NCBI RefSeq assembly: GCF_006345805.1 | Contig: NC_043003.1 | Coordinates: 98,952,001 to 99,016,000 of the forward strand | DNA from: Octopus sinensis | Taxonomy: Eukaryota | DNA: 64,000 bases | Direction: 5' to 3' | Shown here: positions 1-13,720 of the stretch, in pieces | Numbering within the stretch: the first letter of the stretch is position 1 | Layout of the letters: every line of letters starts with the position of its first letter | Made by a program: the position numbers and the translations under genes | Notes under the pieces: generated by a model | What the model was told of the DNA's origin: nothing | Databases searched by the model: none | The model's input: only the letters and a program-made list of their open reading frames with translations

Positions 1-893
1 GGAATGTCAACTAAATACTAAAGTATGTAATCCTACCTATCGATAAAATTTCAATTGTTCGCTTTGCGTATTAAATATGAGATTTGAAAATTAAAGGTGT
101 CTATTTACTTCCTGCATGTCTGTGTATATATATGTATAACACAAACACACACACACACACACACACATACATACACACACCAGAAGTCTTCAGATCTATG
201 TGCGCATGAGTTTATGACTGTTATGACTGCTTGTACGTATGTATCCAATATGTTTACGCTAAGTCTTGAGTATAATTTGCCCCAGTATCACTGATGTTTT
301 CAGGCAAAGCTCTTCCGCTTCCTTCTCGGATTGATATGCCAACAAAAAAACATGATTTTCAAAAAAAAAAAAAAGACCTACGATATAAAAACTCGGTGCA
401 TTAAAATAGGAGACGGATATTTTATATTTTGAGTAAGTTTGTTAAATCAATTTCATCTTTTGGACATTCTTCTTCAGTTTCAGACGTTAGTGGCTAAACA
501 TATATTTCCTCAAGCAAGATTTAAAATAACTGGCTAATTTAACGAGATATACAGATAAAAAGAAAACCCTACATCTATATCTATCATTCAACCATTACCA
601 GACGCATCGTCAACTCTGCAACGCAAATCCGCATCAATTAAACCCAAGGAACTCGAAAAGGCCAACATGTCTTCGCAACCGTCGCTTGATCCATGTTTCA
701 ACTTTTTTAATAATTTCCATATGGAAGATGCGTTCGTCTGTTGGTCACAGTAAAGGAAGCGTAAATAAGTCATCTATTAATTTTGAAAAAAATATACATA
801 TACTTCAAACTTCCGAACCATATATGTGTGTGTGTGTATGTGTGTGTGAGTGTGCATGCATGTATATAAATAATGTTCATATTTACACACACA

Positions 894-925
<32 letters not shown>

Positions 926-959
<34 letters not shown>

Positions 960-962
960 GCA

Positions 963-1050
<88 letters not shown>

Positions 1051-1104
1051 CGTATATATATATATATATATACGTATATATATACATATATATATGCATA
1101 TATG

Positions 1105-1135
<31 letters not shown>

Positions 1136-1186
1136 ATATACGTATGTATATATATTAGTATATATACGTATGTATATATATATACG

Positions 1187-1226
<40 letters not shown>
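926..1226. repeat. (TA)n-rich compound microsatellite, preceded by (CA)n; representative of dozens of similar tracts
   Basis: Direct reading of TA/TATG/CA repeats; explains the YIYI/THTH/CVCV ORFs. Confidence 0.95.
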
Positions 1227-2026
1227 TGCTTGTCAAAGTAGAAAATCTGTTAGTATTTAGGAGAAGGGAAATAGCAAACATTCGTGGTGTTTTCTTGAGT
1301 AGTAGTAAAGTGGGTGATACAGTTTCTGTCATATGAAATATCAGTGTGTGTCAACGGATACAAGTATGTTATATTTCAATTAAAAGCGGAACCAATCCGT
1401 TCATGTGAAAGAACAACAGTCTTTCCTTAACCGCAGTCAGGTAACTGATCCCCAATGATGAGTCTACGAGACAGGCAGTAAACGATCGATGGACCCACTA
1501 AAAATAGCAGCTAAATATCTTTCAAACAGTCTTATGAAAGCAAAATCATGGATGAGGGCTAAGTAAAGCGATACGATGTTCACGGCTCGAGCAAATTTTG
1601 ATCGTAATTCTTTCGATCAGGGCTGATAACAGCAGCAATTAAAGCTAACGTGTTCGCTTGATTTGATAGAAATAACAAACAAATGACCATTAAATCACAC
1701 TCATCGGATAATGTAAACCTTTCTAGATTATGTGCGAAAATATATTGAGAAATGTCATATCTGGAATGCGTTACATCAAAAACCTCTTCGATGAGAACTA
1801 AAATACTAGGCCCAATTCAAGGCATATTCCAGTAATTTTGATGAGCCACAAATCAAGGAACTCATCTATATTTCGAAGATTCAATGAACAATGCTGAGGC
1901 AGATACATGATCGTGATTCTTGTGGAACATAAAGCAGATAATCTCTAAGTTACGGGGACGTAAACACACCATCACCAGTTGTCAAGGGGTGGGTGTAGAC
2001 AAACACAGGTACTATCACACACACAT

Positions 2027-2430
2027 TGTTGTTGTTGTTGTTGGCATCCTTTTGTCTTGGGAGACAATGGAGTTGCGCATAAACTAAACCAGTCTGGTTT
2101 TTACATTTCATGTCCTCTCCAATTTTGCGCAGGCCTAGGCTAGATGTAAGAAAATCCTGGGTAGCCCAATCGTCAGGATTCCTCTCTCGACCTTGCGGAC
2201 GTATTCCAAAGGAGTGCAGAGCATTACGTTTGGCACCAGTTTGGTCGCAGGAGCTGCCGGAAAAGTGTCGAGTCGAATACTAAACCGCCTACGGGGCTTC
2301 ACCCCAGATTTCTTTGAAGGTTGTCTCCTTTCCATAACCCTTGATAGGGGCCCATACCGGGTACTGTGTGCCAGAGCCAGCTGAGTCCGGGACTCGTGTC
2401 TGCCAGAGTTGTCACTCTCTGAAGTAGTGA
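2027..2430 (-). mobile_element. Non-autonomous RTE-like LINE derivative nested inside a SINE
   Basis: Minus-strand 3' end ...ccattgtctcccaagacaaaaggatgcc(aac)n with a (CAA)n tail resembles RTE termini; two halves of one SINE lie on either side (about 1945-2025 and 2505-2645). Confidence 0.55.
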
Positions 2431-2856
2431 AGGAAATCGCTACACACTACCTATGTATATATACATATATATACACACACATACACACACATATGTGTAT
2501 ACATACGACAAGCTTCTTTCAATTTTCTTCTACCAAATTCACTCCCAAGGCTTTGGTCGGCTCGTGTATATAGTAGAATATACTTGCCGAATGGGTTGCG
2601 CGGGGGGATGGAACCATATTGTTGGGAAGCAAAACTCTTATCTCACAGGGACTTAGAATTTATATTAACAGTCTAGTATCGATGGCTTCATGTAGGCTTA
2701 TGACTACATTGCTATTAAACCTTTGGTACTAGGCTATCAATTTAAATTCCTCTACGCCATTAAAAAAAGACATTTTCAGCTAACTAGAGTGGAGTACTAC
2801 TTCCTGTTCGCTACTGACGCATATATCTAAATATATATGTACGTATATTTATGTGT

Positions 2857-2888
<32 letters not shown>

Positions 2889-3067
2889 CTATGTGCGTGA
2901 ATGTGTGTGTATGTGTGTGCGTCCGTTCGTGTGTGTGTGTATGTATGCATATATGTATGCATATGTATATATATATATATATTATATATACAATATATAT
3001 ATATATATATATAATATATATATATATACAATATATATATATATATATATCAATATATATATATATA

Positions 3068-3264
3068 CAATGCAGTACGAAGTTTTGTCGCGGTCTCAAA
3101 GCGACGAAAATATTTTGTCAAATTAAATTTAAATGTTGAAGTGAATCTAACGGTTTTTGTGTGTTTCTTAAATGGCTTATAAACACCTTCCACGCTGCAA
3201 TTGTTTTCATTCCAGCACACGATCTCAGATCAAGTCACTCACTATGCAAGTACATCGCCGTGTT
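3068..3264 (+). mobile_element. Short PLE-derived element in (TA)n with HHR core deleted; same family as 49113-49401
   Basis: High identity to 49225-49401; keeps GTCGC/GCGAC-GAAA but lacks the segment between two GTC-like motifs. Confidence 0.7.
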
Positions 3265-3280
3265 ATATATATATATATTA

Positions 3281-3323
<43 letters not shown>

Positions 3324-3680
3324 TATTCTGTTGTGGAATATCTCGAAGCATGTACATAAAGTCTTCGATTATTTTCTATCCGATAATAGTTTTACATCCA
3401 ATATTTACATGCTGTTATTTATAGCTTTAGGTGTGTGTTTCGAGATATTCCCGATAAGAATTAGTTCACGACGTTTCACCGAATGTTTATAAAATAAGTT
3501 TAGCACGGTCCGGAATTGTCAAAAACATATTTCAGTTTCTCTAACGTTGAATAAAATAAACGAAATAATAATGAATACACGTGTACTTCAACGTGATGTA
3601 CAAAAATGAATGATGATGATAATAATAATATCATATGAATAAAATGTCAGATGTTTTGGTGCGGAAGTATATATACATAC

Positions 3681-3832
<152 letters not shown>

Positions 3833-3850
3833 TATATATAATATATATAT

Positions 3851-3885
<35 letters not shown>

Positions 3886-3895
3886 TATATATATA

Positions 3896-4033
3896 CCGGA
3901 GTAAACACATAAATGTGAAACAAGGTGGCAAAAAGAGTACTCAAATTTCAGGGGTAGAGTAATATGTCTGACGAACGGAAACGTGAAACTCTGAGAAACA
4001 GGTTTTGTTGAATTTCTGGTGCTTTTAAATAAA

Positions 4034-4034
<1 letters not shown>
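3896..4034. mobile_element. Short inverted PLE-derived element in (TA)n with HHR motif at 3965-4000
   Basis: tgt-CTGACGA-ACG gaaa CGT-GAAA-CTC t GAG-AA-aca (cleavage triplet mutated); homologous to 39895-40013, 53567-53795 and 55327-55552. Confidence 0.75.
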
Positions 4035-4077
<43 letters not shown>

Positions 4078-5394
4078 GTAAACACACGTATATTTGGGTA
4101 TTTTGTCCTGTTCTTATCTCTCATGTGTTTACGTATTTTTCACTCGTTGATGATGTCCTGTACTCAATGTGTATTTTGTATTTATTTATATTCGAACGCC
4201 ACGCAGTCTTGTCCACAGTAAGTTCTTACGTTTATATATAATTTCTGCGATTCCACACTCTGTTTTCTTTCTCTCTATCCCGCTATAATCCTTTGTATTT
4301 TCCGTTTCTCCCCACCTTCGTTGTTATCCTCTTTCTCCCACTCCCTACTACCCTTTTTCTTCTTCCTTCTCCTCACCCCCTTTGTTTCCTTCCCTCATTT
4401 TCTCTCTCTTGTACCCCCTTTTCATCTGCCCGTTGCCCAACGTGACTACAAGCCATTTTCTCGCCCCTGTCTTTTCTGGATAAGACGTCCACCGGAATGG
4501 ACATCATTTATCTCGCTTCCCGACAGATTTTCTCTGCTATTTATTCTATCTCCTTTAAAAAATTCTCCCAGCCGTTACCCATTGCAATTCGTCTCGGCCT
4601 TAATGTTTGTCTCCGTCGATTGTGTACTTTGTACGTCCACTCTGTTATTGTTTGTTCGTTCGAAGCCCTATTTTCTTATCTTGTCATTAAATGCACGAAA
4701 CAGCGAGTAGTAAAACAGTCGACGACTGACGAGCGAGTTATCTTCTTTCAGTATTTTGTCCTGCAACGAGAGAGAAAAAGAGAAAGAGGGAGAGAGAGAC
4801 TCACACGTGACCATCATCACTCTTTCTTTTCCTTGCGAGACCATAGTTCAAAAGACTGGACGTTTATTTCTCTCTTCTATCTTTTCTCTTTTCAAAGAAA
4901 ATATTTCTCCCAGCACTTACTATTTTCCTCGCGTTCTGATCGAACGATCGTCCACGTTTGTTTTCGTTCGGTTTCTATGTATGTCTCCACTCCACTGCCA
5001 TGTTTTGTTCCCAACTTTGACCCTCCATAAATCCTACATTATATTTTAGAATTTATGAGAGAAACTGTCTTTGAAGACTCATATGGTTGTTGAATGCTCG
5101 AAATGAGTAGTAGATAGACAGCTGACAACTGATGAAGGAGCCTTTGTCCGTGTTTACCTGTCCCGTTTTCCATTTTTTGATTACGTATTTAACTCGTTTC
5201 TTTATGTACTTCATGTTGTTTTCACAGTTGGTAACGACCTGTACCCATATATGCATATATATATTATATATATATATATATACATTTATTATTATTCTTA
5301 TTTAATTGAACGCCACCCATTCATAAGTATATTAATATACATATATTATATATATATATATATACATATTTATATATATGTATATATATGTGTA

Positions 5395-5440
<46 letters not shown>

Positions 5441-5811
5441 ATATAAGTTGGTGATACAAGTAGGAAAACAGAAGTCGCAACATGAGTATGTATATATTAC
5501 TAGATTCATTATCAATTACTGATACAACTTACAGAGTAAATCAACGGCCGACGGTTTCGTGCATTGGTACTTAGCAAGTGATAAGTGCTTATGCGTGAAA
5601 CTCCCGCACTTGAGATTTTGTGTTCTAACTACATTCTAACGGTGTATATACCTTTAATATGATATACAAATGATGGTACATTATTCTATGTGTGTGTGTG
5701 CGAGTGTGTGTATGTGTTGCTTGGTATATGTGCACTTGTATCTGTATCTCCTTGCATGTGTGTGTGTGTGTATCTGAGTGCATATATCTATATATACATA
5801 CACACACACAC

Positions 5812-5907
<96 letters not shown>

Positions 5908-6060
5908 GAAATATATTGATCACTATAAACAAATCAGCTGTGTAGTTTGTTGAACAAGAAACTTCAGAACCCTCATCTGTGGTCTATGACAGAGGAGTCC
6001 ATGAAATGTATTTACACACTTATATACCTACATACATATGAATGTACATTTGCATGGGTT

Positions 6061-6099
<39 letters not shown>

Positions 6100-6464
6100 A
6101 CTCATGTACTTATGTGTGTATACTGTCAACGTTTAAATGATATTCCTTCAGATAAACAGTGATTTCCTGAGCAGGATTATCGCAGTGGGTGGCTCCATCT
6201 GCACTTTCGCATGTCTAAACACTATCCACTGGGCCTCTAGCACACCAGTACAGTTTGACATGTGACTCGATGACATAAACCATGTATTTTTTAAACACTG
6301 CTGACATGACAGTTGTAACAACTGCCTTGAAAAAAATGTCTGTGTTCAATGCAACTATTACACATGCCATCATTATAAGGAGTGTAAACGTCGGGGGTAC
6401 CTCAAGGCTGGTGGTGAGCAGATGCGAGAAAATGATTCTTGAAATCAGAAATCTATGAGAATTG

Positions 6465-6850
6465 TAAGAATCTTGTTTCCCAATCACATGGCCCTGGGTT
6501 CGGTTCTACTGCGTGGCACCTTGGGCAGATGTCTTCTACTATAGTCTTGGGCCGATCAAAACATTGTGAGTGGATTTGGAAGACGGAAACTAAAAGAAGC
6601 CCGTCATGTATCCAAACATCTACGAGTGTGTATGTTTGTCTTTGTGGCTGTTTGTCCCCCAGCACCGCTTGACGACTAGTGTTGGTATGTTTACGTCCAT
6701 GTAAACTTGCGGTTCTAGAATAGAACCGATAGAATAAGTCCTAGGTTTTACAAGAAAATAAGTCCTAGGCCCGATTCATTCGACTAAAGTTTCTTCAAAG
6801 TATCCCAGTATGACCGCAGTTTAATGACTGAAATAAGTAAAAGATAAACG
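6465..6850 (+). mobile_element. tRNA-derived CORE-type SINE (octopus OR2-like); further full or partial copies at about 7395-7890, 9850-10040(-), 11357-11830, 17615-18075(-), 36510-37035, 40150-40262(-)
   Basis: B-box-like ggttcggttc, CORE-like ggcaccttgggcagatgtcttctactatag, internal microsatellite, tail ...gcagtttaatgactgaaataagtaaaag recurring across the window. Confidence 0.75.
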
Positions 6851-6896
6851 CTAAAATGCTCTTTTAATCAAACACGCCTCTAATTTTATTCTGATT

Positions 6897-7090
6897 GGCA
6901 GAATCTTTAACGCGTCAGAAAAATTACCTTGCGGTATTTGTTTCAGCGTTTTTTACATTCTGTTTTTGAATCCCAACGGGGTCAGGTTTGCTTGTAATGC
7001 CACTAAAGTCGATAAACTAAGTTACAGATCAAGTGTTGGGAATCGATGTGATTGACTAACCACCTTCTGTTAGAATTGTTGGCTTATTGG
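6897..7090 (+). mobile_element. Diverged tRNA-derived SINE (Meta-domain-like); related minus-strand copies at about 8040-8170, 8205-8360, 16030-16225
   Basis: Shared block read on the element strand as approx. tttgcctttcatcc...gtcgataaa...agtacc...tggggtcgatgtaatcgac. Confidence 0.5.
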
Positions 7091-7280
7091 GTTTTCTACC
7101 ACAATCGTAGACCATTATTTAAAAGGTTTCTCTCAATGGGTTGCTGCCAGATTCTTGTACACCCTTAGCTGGTTTAATCGTTCATATCAACGTTTACGAA
7201 GATTTAGTCTGGAACTGAATTAATTGGACGGTGTCTATTTATCGAATACCGCAACTCGATACCTCATTTTACGCTACACA

Positions 7281-7321
<41 letters not shown>

Positions 7322-7542
7322 CAAACACACATATGCAGTTACACACGTTGTTTCACTTAACGTAATATTCAATGCTTTTAAAATTATTATCTATAGCCAC
7401 TGTGTTGTAACAAGTTTGTTTCCCAGCCAAGTGGTTTGTGGTTCAGTCCTACTGCGTTGCACCTAGGGCAAGTATCTTCTACTACAACACCGGAGGCTTG
7501 AGAGTGGATTTGGTTGATGGGAAGTGAGAGAAGCCTATCGTG

Positions 7543-7622
<80 letters not shown>

Positions 7623-8364
7623 ATATATGTGTGTGTGTGCCTTTATATATATATGTGTGTGTGTGTGTCTTTGTGTTTGTGTGTCTTTGTGTTTGTGGTT
7701 GTTCCTCACACAGCTTGACACACCTGGTGTTGCTTTGTTTACGCCCCTGTAACTTAGGGCTTCGGCAAATGTGAGTGCTAGAATAAGTAACAGACTTTAA
7801 AATAAACAGCGCCGGGATCGATTTGTTCAACTAAATCTTTTGAGGCGGTGCCCTAGCATGGCCGCAGTCTAATGACTGACACAAAACATAAAATAAAGAT
7901 AACACACGCAGCCCATACACACAAACAGAAATCCACACATCCTCCATTACAAATAAAAACATTATTTTCTTTTATTCTTTTATTTAATTTAGTCATTGGA
8001 TGGCGACCATGTTGTCGCACCACGTTGAAGGTTTTAGTCAATCAAATCTATCCCAGTATTGGCCTTGTGCTTTATTTCATCTTTCCCAAAAGGGTGATAG
8101 GCAAAGTCGACCTCGGCGTGATTGTAATTCGAATGTGAAGAGCATCGACAGATTTCGTAAAGCATTTTCTCTACTAGTTCTGTTACTTATCTAGATATAC
8201 TAAGCAGACAAATTTGAGGGGAGGGGGTCTCGTCGATTACATCAGCCCCAGTGCTCAACCGGTACTCATTTTATCGACTCTCGAGAGGAGGGAAGGCAAA
8301 GTTGACTTCGGTGGGGTTTGAACTCAAACGTAAAGCTGGAAGAAATACCACGAAGAATGCTGCT

Positions 8365-8388
8365 AGCAGCAGCAGCGGCAGCAGTATC

Positions 8389-8429
<41 letters not shown>

Positions 8430-8490
8430 TAGTAGTGGTGGTGGTGGTAGTGGTGGTGGTGGTGGTGGTAGTGATAGTAGTAGTAGTAGT

Positions 8491-8534
<44 letters not shown>

Positions 8535-8556
8535 TAGTATAGTAGTAGTAGTAGTA
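8365..8556. repeat. Compound (AGC)/(AGT)/(GGT) triplet microsatellite
   Basis: Direct reading. Confidence 0.95.
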
Positions 8557-10089
8557 TGTGCTCGAACGTTGTGCATTTTGATGGTAAAGTGCAATGAAAC
8601 TAGAAATACCTTTTAATTATCGACTTTTCGTTAATTTTTGCTTCGTAATGAAGAAAGGAAGAAAGAAAGAAAGAAAGAAAGAAAACGTTCTAATCAGAAT
8701 ATAAGGGAGAAAGTGCATTTGAGAAGTGTCAATCCTGTTATTCACACCAAAGTGTGATGGCAACTTTCATTAATTATGTATCGATAATTATGAAATACTT
8801 ATTAAAAATCCATTCAGTCTAATGTATATTTGTACGTGCTATGAGTTAGAGATTTTGAGAAATACTACTAGTCTTTAGAACAGAAATGCCGACGACTAGA
8901 CTTTCTGGCTTTTCACTTGAGATGAAAAGGTCAGATATTGACGGCTGCTGTAGTGACATTTCGCCACCACCTCAGCAACATTAGTTTAATATTATAGATC
9001 AGTAAACAGGCATTAATATTTCACAATCTCTTCACAAATGACGTTATTTAACGTATTTCAAAATAAAACAGCACTGTAAAGAGATGTTAATCCTGCAGGC
9101 AATGCGAGTAATTAATCACCAAATAGCAGACGATCATGAACGAATGCATTGTAAATGGGTGAGAGTGTAAAGTGAGAACGTCAGTTAGAAGAAAGAGAGA
9201 GGTGGCGGTGAAGACAGTCGAGATGGTGGTGAAGGTGGACGATGGGCAGATGAGGTCTCTAAGAAGTTTCAAGAGATTTAAATCAACTTTAAGTAAAGGA
9301 ATAAGTGCTGCAACTGACCGAATCTAGTCGAAGAGCTAAGTAGTTCGAGTTCTACCATTGGTGTTCTGCATTATATCTAGGGTCAACACATTTTTTATGG
9401 TTTTATAAAGTAAAAGAGAAAGTAGATTTATCAAGCGAAAAGGCTGAAATTTACTAACCATCCCAGACTGTTTTAATTGCTACGGTTGATGTTTAGTTTA
9501 AGCGTCTTCAAGTCGAAGCCTGAAGTGGCAAAGAGTGGGCAGAAATGGAAATCAATAGGCTGGACACAGGGGTTAGTGTCGGTCCAGGAGTGTGAAACTC
9601 ATTACCGAGGGTGAGAAAATGAAGGGGATGTTGTAGCGGGTGAACTCAGACTTGCATCCTGTTAACGGCATCATCTATCCAGCTAAAAATTTGCCTTTAC
9701 TTGGTTTAAATTTCAATCTATATGAATGAAGGTTTATTGGAAAAAAAAATTACTGGTGAATTTTGTTTGGATAGTAAAAACTAAGATAAAAACAAGTAGA
9801 AATATTGGGGAAAGTGTAAAACCAATTGCTAACCATGTTTAATTAATCATATTCTTTTATCTTTTACTTGGTTCAATCATTAAACTATGGCTGTATTTGG
9901 GCACCGCCTTGAAGGGTTTTAGTCGAACTAATTGACTCATGTACCACCGATCTCTTTTGCCAAACCACTAGGTCAGAAACGTATAAACAAACGAACCCCA
10001 TTAAGCGGTGTTGGGGACAAACACAAGCACACAAATACACACATGTATATGGCAATGAAAGACGGAAGATGGAATATACGAGAATTTAT

Positions 10090-10548
10090 TATTCACGACA
10101 ATTGTTTCGACACATCTAGCATCGACCCTTAACGGGTGGGGCACTCAGCAACCGGTTCAGAAGCATCCGGCGGTGCAAATTTATTTTATCGGGTGATAAA
10201 TAGAGACAACCCGTTAAAATAAGAGTTCCGCAATGTAACTTCTCATTTTGTAGAAAGACAGCTGATTCATTTAAGAATCGTTATCGTAACTATGTCGCCA
10301 GCTTTAAGACAATCGATTAGAGACATTCAACATCTTTGGCCGATTTTGTTTGGCGACTGAAGGAGGATAAGATAAAGTACAGCATAACTTGGCCAATTGT
10401 AAGGTACGCGAAACCATACAATATAATTTCCAGGAGATGCCGTCTAGGCTCCGAGGAATCCCTGTCCATTCTGTGGACTAATGAGATCATTAATGGAATT
10501 TCTGAAAGACTCTTGTGATGCCTATACACATATAAATTTATTTTCGCA
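10090..10548 (+). pseudogene. Degenerate PLE GIY-YIG endonuclease fragment
   Basis: Translates to ...PLNG... KTADSFKNRYRNYVASFK..RHSTSLADFVWRLKEDKIKYSITWPIVRYAKPYNIISRRCRL..EE...SE..., matching PLE C-terminal EN; contains stops and frameshifts. Confidence 0.75.
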
Positions 10549-10550
10549 CA

Positions 10551-10970
10551 TACTTTGGATAGTATGCTTATTTCGTTAGGTGTAAGGTCTTTATTTGAGA
10601 GATTGATTATTTTAATTACCTGTGGTTTCTTTTGTTTGACCGTTGCCACCGTCTATCCCTGTTCCTGCGTGTTAGGTCTAAAAAATGGTTGGTGCGGTTA
10701 TGTTCAAAAACAGTTTATCTGTCTCCTGTTGTAATTTTTTAGAGTGGGTTTGTGGTGATCTATTTAACGAAATAAGCATACTATCCAAAGGACTTAAATT
10801 CACCCCAGCCCCACGACGTCCTGTTTCTGACGAAGAGCTTTGCTCGAAACGTAAAACTACCTTTCATTCCTTACCTGAGCGTCTGTTAATACTTTGCATG
10901 TACCACTTACTCGTGTTGTTACTTTTTTCTGTATTTGATCTTTGTTTTTTTTTGGGGGGGGGGATTAATT
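10551..10970. mobile_element. Inverted PLE fragment: N-terminal domain motif plus HHR-bearing pLTR piece
   Basis: Minus strand IINLSNKDLTPNEISILSK and plus strand NEISILSKGLKFTPAP (PLE N-terminal motif); 26-bp perfect inverted repeat 10553-10578/10765-10790. Confidence 0.75.
10823..10857 (+). ncRNA. Minimal type I hammerhead ribozyme
   Basis: gttt-CTGACGA-A-GAGC ttt GCTC-GAAA-CG-TA-aaac: intact core, stem I gttt/aaac, palindromic ACGT stem III, GUA cleavage triplet. Confidence 0.85.
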
Positions 10971-12095
10971 ATGTATATATATATATATGGGTACGGGACA
11001 TTAAAACACAGTAGACAGAATGAGAAACGAGAACATAAAAAACAAAAACAAAGAAAACGAACGTTTTTACGAAGAACGAAAGAAATGGAGTGGTACTGGA
11101 ATATAAACTTATATACGCATAATATTACAAATTTACTGACTCAAATGTTTGAATATTTGAAGGGATCGAGAATTGCTAACTACATAAAATGTAATACGGG
11201 ATTATAATACAAAAATATAAATTTGGCGGACAAGAGTAAATATATACAGACGCACACAAGATTGAAATATAAATATCATAAAAATAATACTTATAAGGAT
11301 GTATACAAATACTCAAATATAAATATAATAAAAACTTTTTGAAGTGCATAGTTACAGGCGCCGCTGTATGGTTTATAAGCTTGCTTCCCAACCAAGTGTT
11401 CTTGCGTTCAATTCCACTGTACACACCTTAGGTAAGTGTCTTTTACTCTAGCCACGATTTGACCAAAGCCTTGTAAGTGAATTTAGTAGACAGAAACTGA
11501 ATGAAGCCCGTCATATATGTGTGTATTTCTGTGTATTTATGTGTGTGTATATTTCTGTATATGTTCTTTTGTGTATATGTATTTTGTGCTGTATTTGTTA
11601 CCACCACCATGGCCACCACCATTACCACCACCATCGCCGCCACCTCTGCCACCACCACAATTCGACAACTGGTGTCACTTTATTTACATAGCGATTAAGT
11701 AAAAGAGCCCGATAAACTAAGTATCAGGCTTTAAAAATAAGTACTAGGATCGATTTCTTCGACTTAACCCTACAATGTTGTGCTTTAGCATGGCCACGGT
11801 CCAGCGACCAAAACGAGTAAAGGATAAAATACAATAGTACTACCAAATTGCAAGATATAAATTATCAAGTACAAAATGCAAGTTTAGAAATCGAAAAAAA
11901 ATCTAATATAAAATACAACATACAAAATACTAGTCGTAAAATTACAACGTTTTATGTAAATAACAAAATGATTGATTATGAAATGCGGAACTCAAAGCAT
12001 AATACAGACCATAATACAGAATTCAGAATAGTTTCTCAAGTTGCAACTTTATTATATTACATAATAAGGTTGTGAAATTTGCAACTTATAAAATT

Positions 12096-12478
12096 GGAGG
12101 AAGCACTCCGTCGGTTACGACGATGAGGGTTCCGGTTCATCCGATCAACGGAACAGCCTGCTCGTGAAATTAACGTGTAAGTGCCTGAGCACTCCACAGA
12201 CACGTGTACCCTTAACGTAGTTCTCGGGGATATTCAGCGTGACGCAGAGAGTGACAAGGCCGGCCCTTTGTAATACAGGTACAACAGAAACAGGAAGTAA
12301 GAGTGAAAGAAAGTTGTGGTGAAAGAGTACAGCAGGGATCACCACCATCCCTGCCGGAGCCTCGTGGAGCTTTAGGTGTTTTCGCTCAATAAACACTCAC
12401 AACGCCCGGTCTGTGAATTGAAACCGCGATCCTATGACCGCGAGTCCACTGCCCTAACCACTGGGTCATTGCGCCTCC
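12096..12478 (-). mobile_element. Full-length tRNA-derived SINE with TSD
   Basis: A/B-box-like head ggaggcgcaatgacccagtggttagggc...ggtttcaattc; TSD ttataaaatt at 12086-12095 and 12479-12488; highly similar to 43508-43892. Confidence 0.9.
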
Positions 12479-12685
12479 TTATAAAATTAACAAATTATCA
12501 AGCTATAATTTTACAAAACCATAACATTAGAAAATCGTTTAAATTAATGCATTATGGAATTATGTATGCGTTTTGTCACTAGAATTTAGAATAACGATAA
12601 AACTTTGACGTTATGGAATTGTGGCATTATTGCCTGCGGCTCACATATAAGCATTAGGATCTTCAGGTTTATGCAATGACGCGAC

Positions 12686-12950
12686 CCGTCTTTTCGCCCG
12701 ATGTCACTTTGTCCAACATTACTTTGTTCACGTCTTTTGGTCCGACGTCTTTTTGTCCGATGATTTTTTTGTTCAACGACTTTTTATCCAATTTTAGATA
12801 AACTTTTTTAGCAAAAAAAAAAGGTGAACATCAAAATCAAATAATCATTAAGAATTTTATTGATAAGATTTGTCGTTGGACAAAAAAATCACGGGACAAA
12901 AGACGTGGTCGAAAAGACGTTTGACGAAGTGACATCGGACGAAAAGACAT
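12686..12950. mobile_element. Foldback/MITE-like element with arms built of about 15-bp subrepeats
   Basis: Left arm has about 7 units resembling gtcttttngtccgac; right arm has the reverse-complement units (gtcggacnaaaagac-like). Confidence 0.6.
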
Positions 12951-13079
12951 AGCACCATGCAGTGAATATGTTGACTGCGAAGCGAATAACTGGATGAATA
13001 AAGTTGCGATTTCGTGTAGGATGCTGGTGTGCAAGATAATAGCAATTACTGTTAGATTACTTTATAGCATTTTTATACT

Positions 13080-13720
13080 TGCTCTACGCTCGCTTGTACT
13101 TACTCGAGAACATTAATTCGCAATTTAAGTTTAGGGAAGGTTTGTGATCAAAAAGTACGAACATTTTCTACACACTCAGCATTATACAAGTTGCAGGTTC
13201 CAATTTGTCCATAAGATTTATTTCCATCTATGATATTATTTTGATATTATATCTATTGAGCTTATAATTTAATGACCATATGTATTTGGAAAATGTGACT
13301 GCACTTCTAATTACGTTTTTGAAGAAGTGAGTGTATTCACATTAGGTATCTAATACCTAATGGATAATTTGATGGGTTCTTTAAATTACATGTTAGACAG
13401 GAGTTGGTGGTTATTGTTGTGTAGAAGGATTTTAATATTGATGTTGCATTCCTGTATGGGATGTTATTTGGGCAGGGGCTGAAACTTGTAATATAGTTCT
13501 TCTATGGAATATTATGTGAGCAGCATCCCTTCGGTCAATGGGGTTAAAGTGTGTGTTAAACCAAAATATCTTACATTCGCGTCGTTTGTGAGGGTCCATC
13601 TTGCTTTTGACGTTTGATGTGTTTTGTATTTTGTCCTCGAAGTCAATTAATATTCACGATGATATTCGGCCATTCTTTTTAAAGGATCCTCATTTAATGT
13701 CTCATAGCCGTAGACTTACC
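13080..13720 (-). pseudogene. Highly degenerate PLE thumb/linker and GIY-YIG fragment
   Basis: Minus translations RRECKIFWFNTHFNP (cf. RKRNIIWFNPPF) and TFSKYIWSLN...GTCNLYNAE; same type as 10090-10548. Confidence 0.6.

Noticed and set aside
12400-12478. tRNA-like sequences (also 22150-22229, 30872-30950, 43815-43892)
   Set aside because: These are SINE heads continuing into SINE bodies, three with TSDs; not tRNA genes
12686-12950. Regularly spaced short repeats resembling a CRISPR array
   Set aside because: Units are contiguous, degenerate and inverted, with no spacers or cas genes, in eukaryotic context
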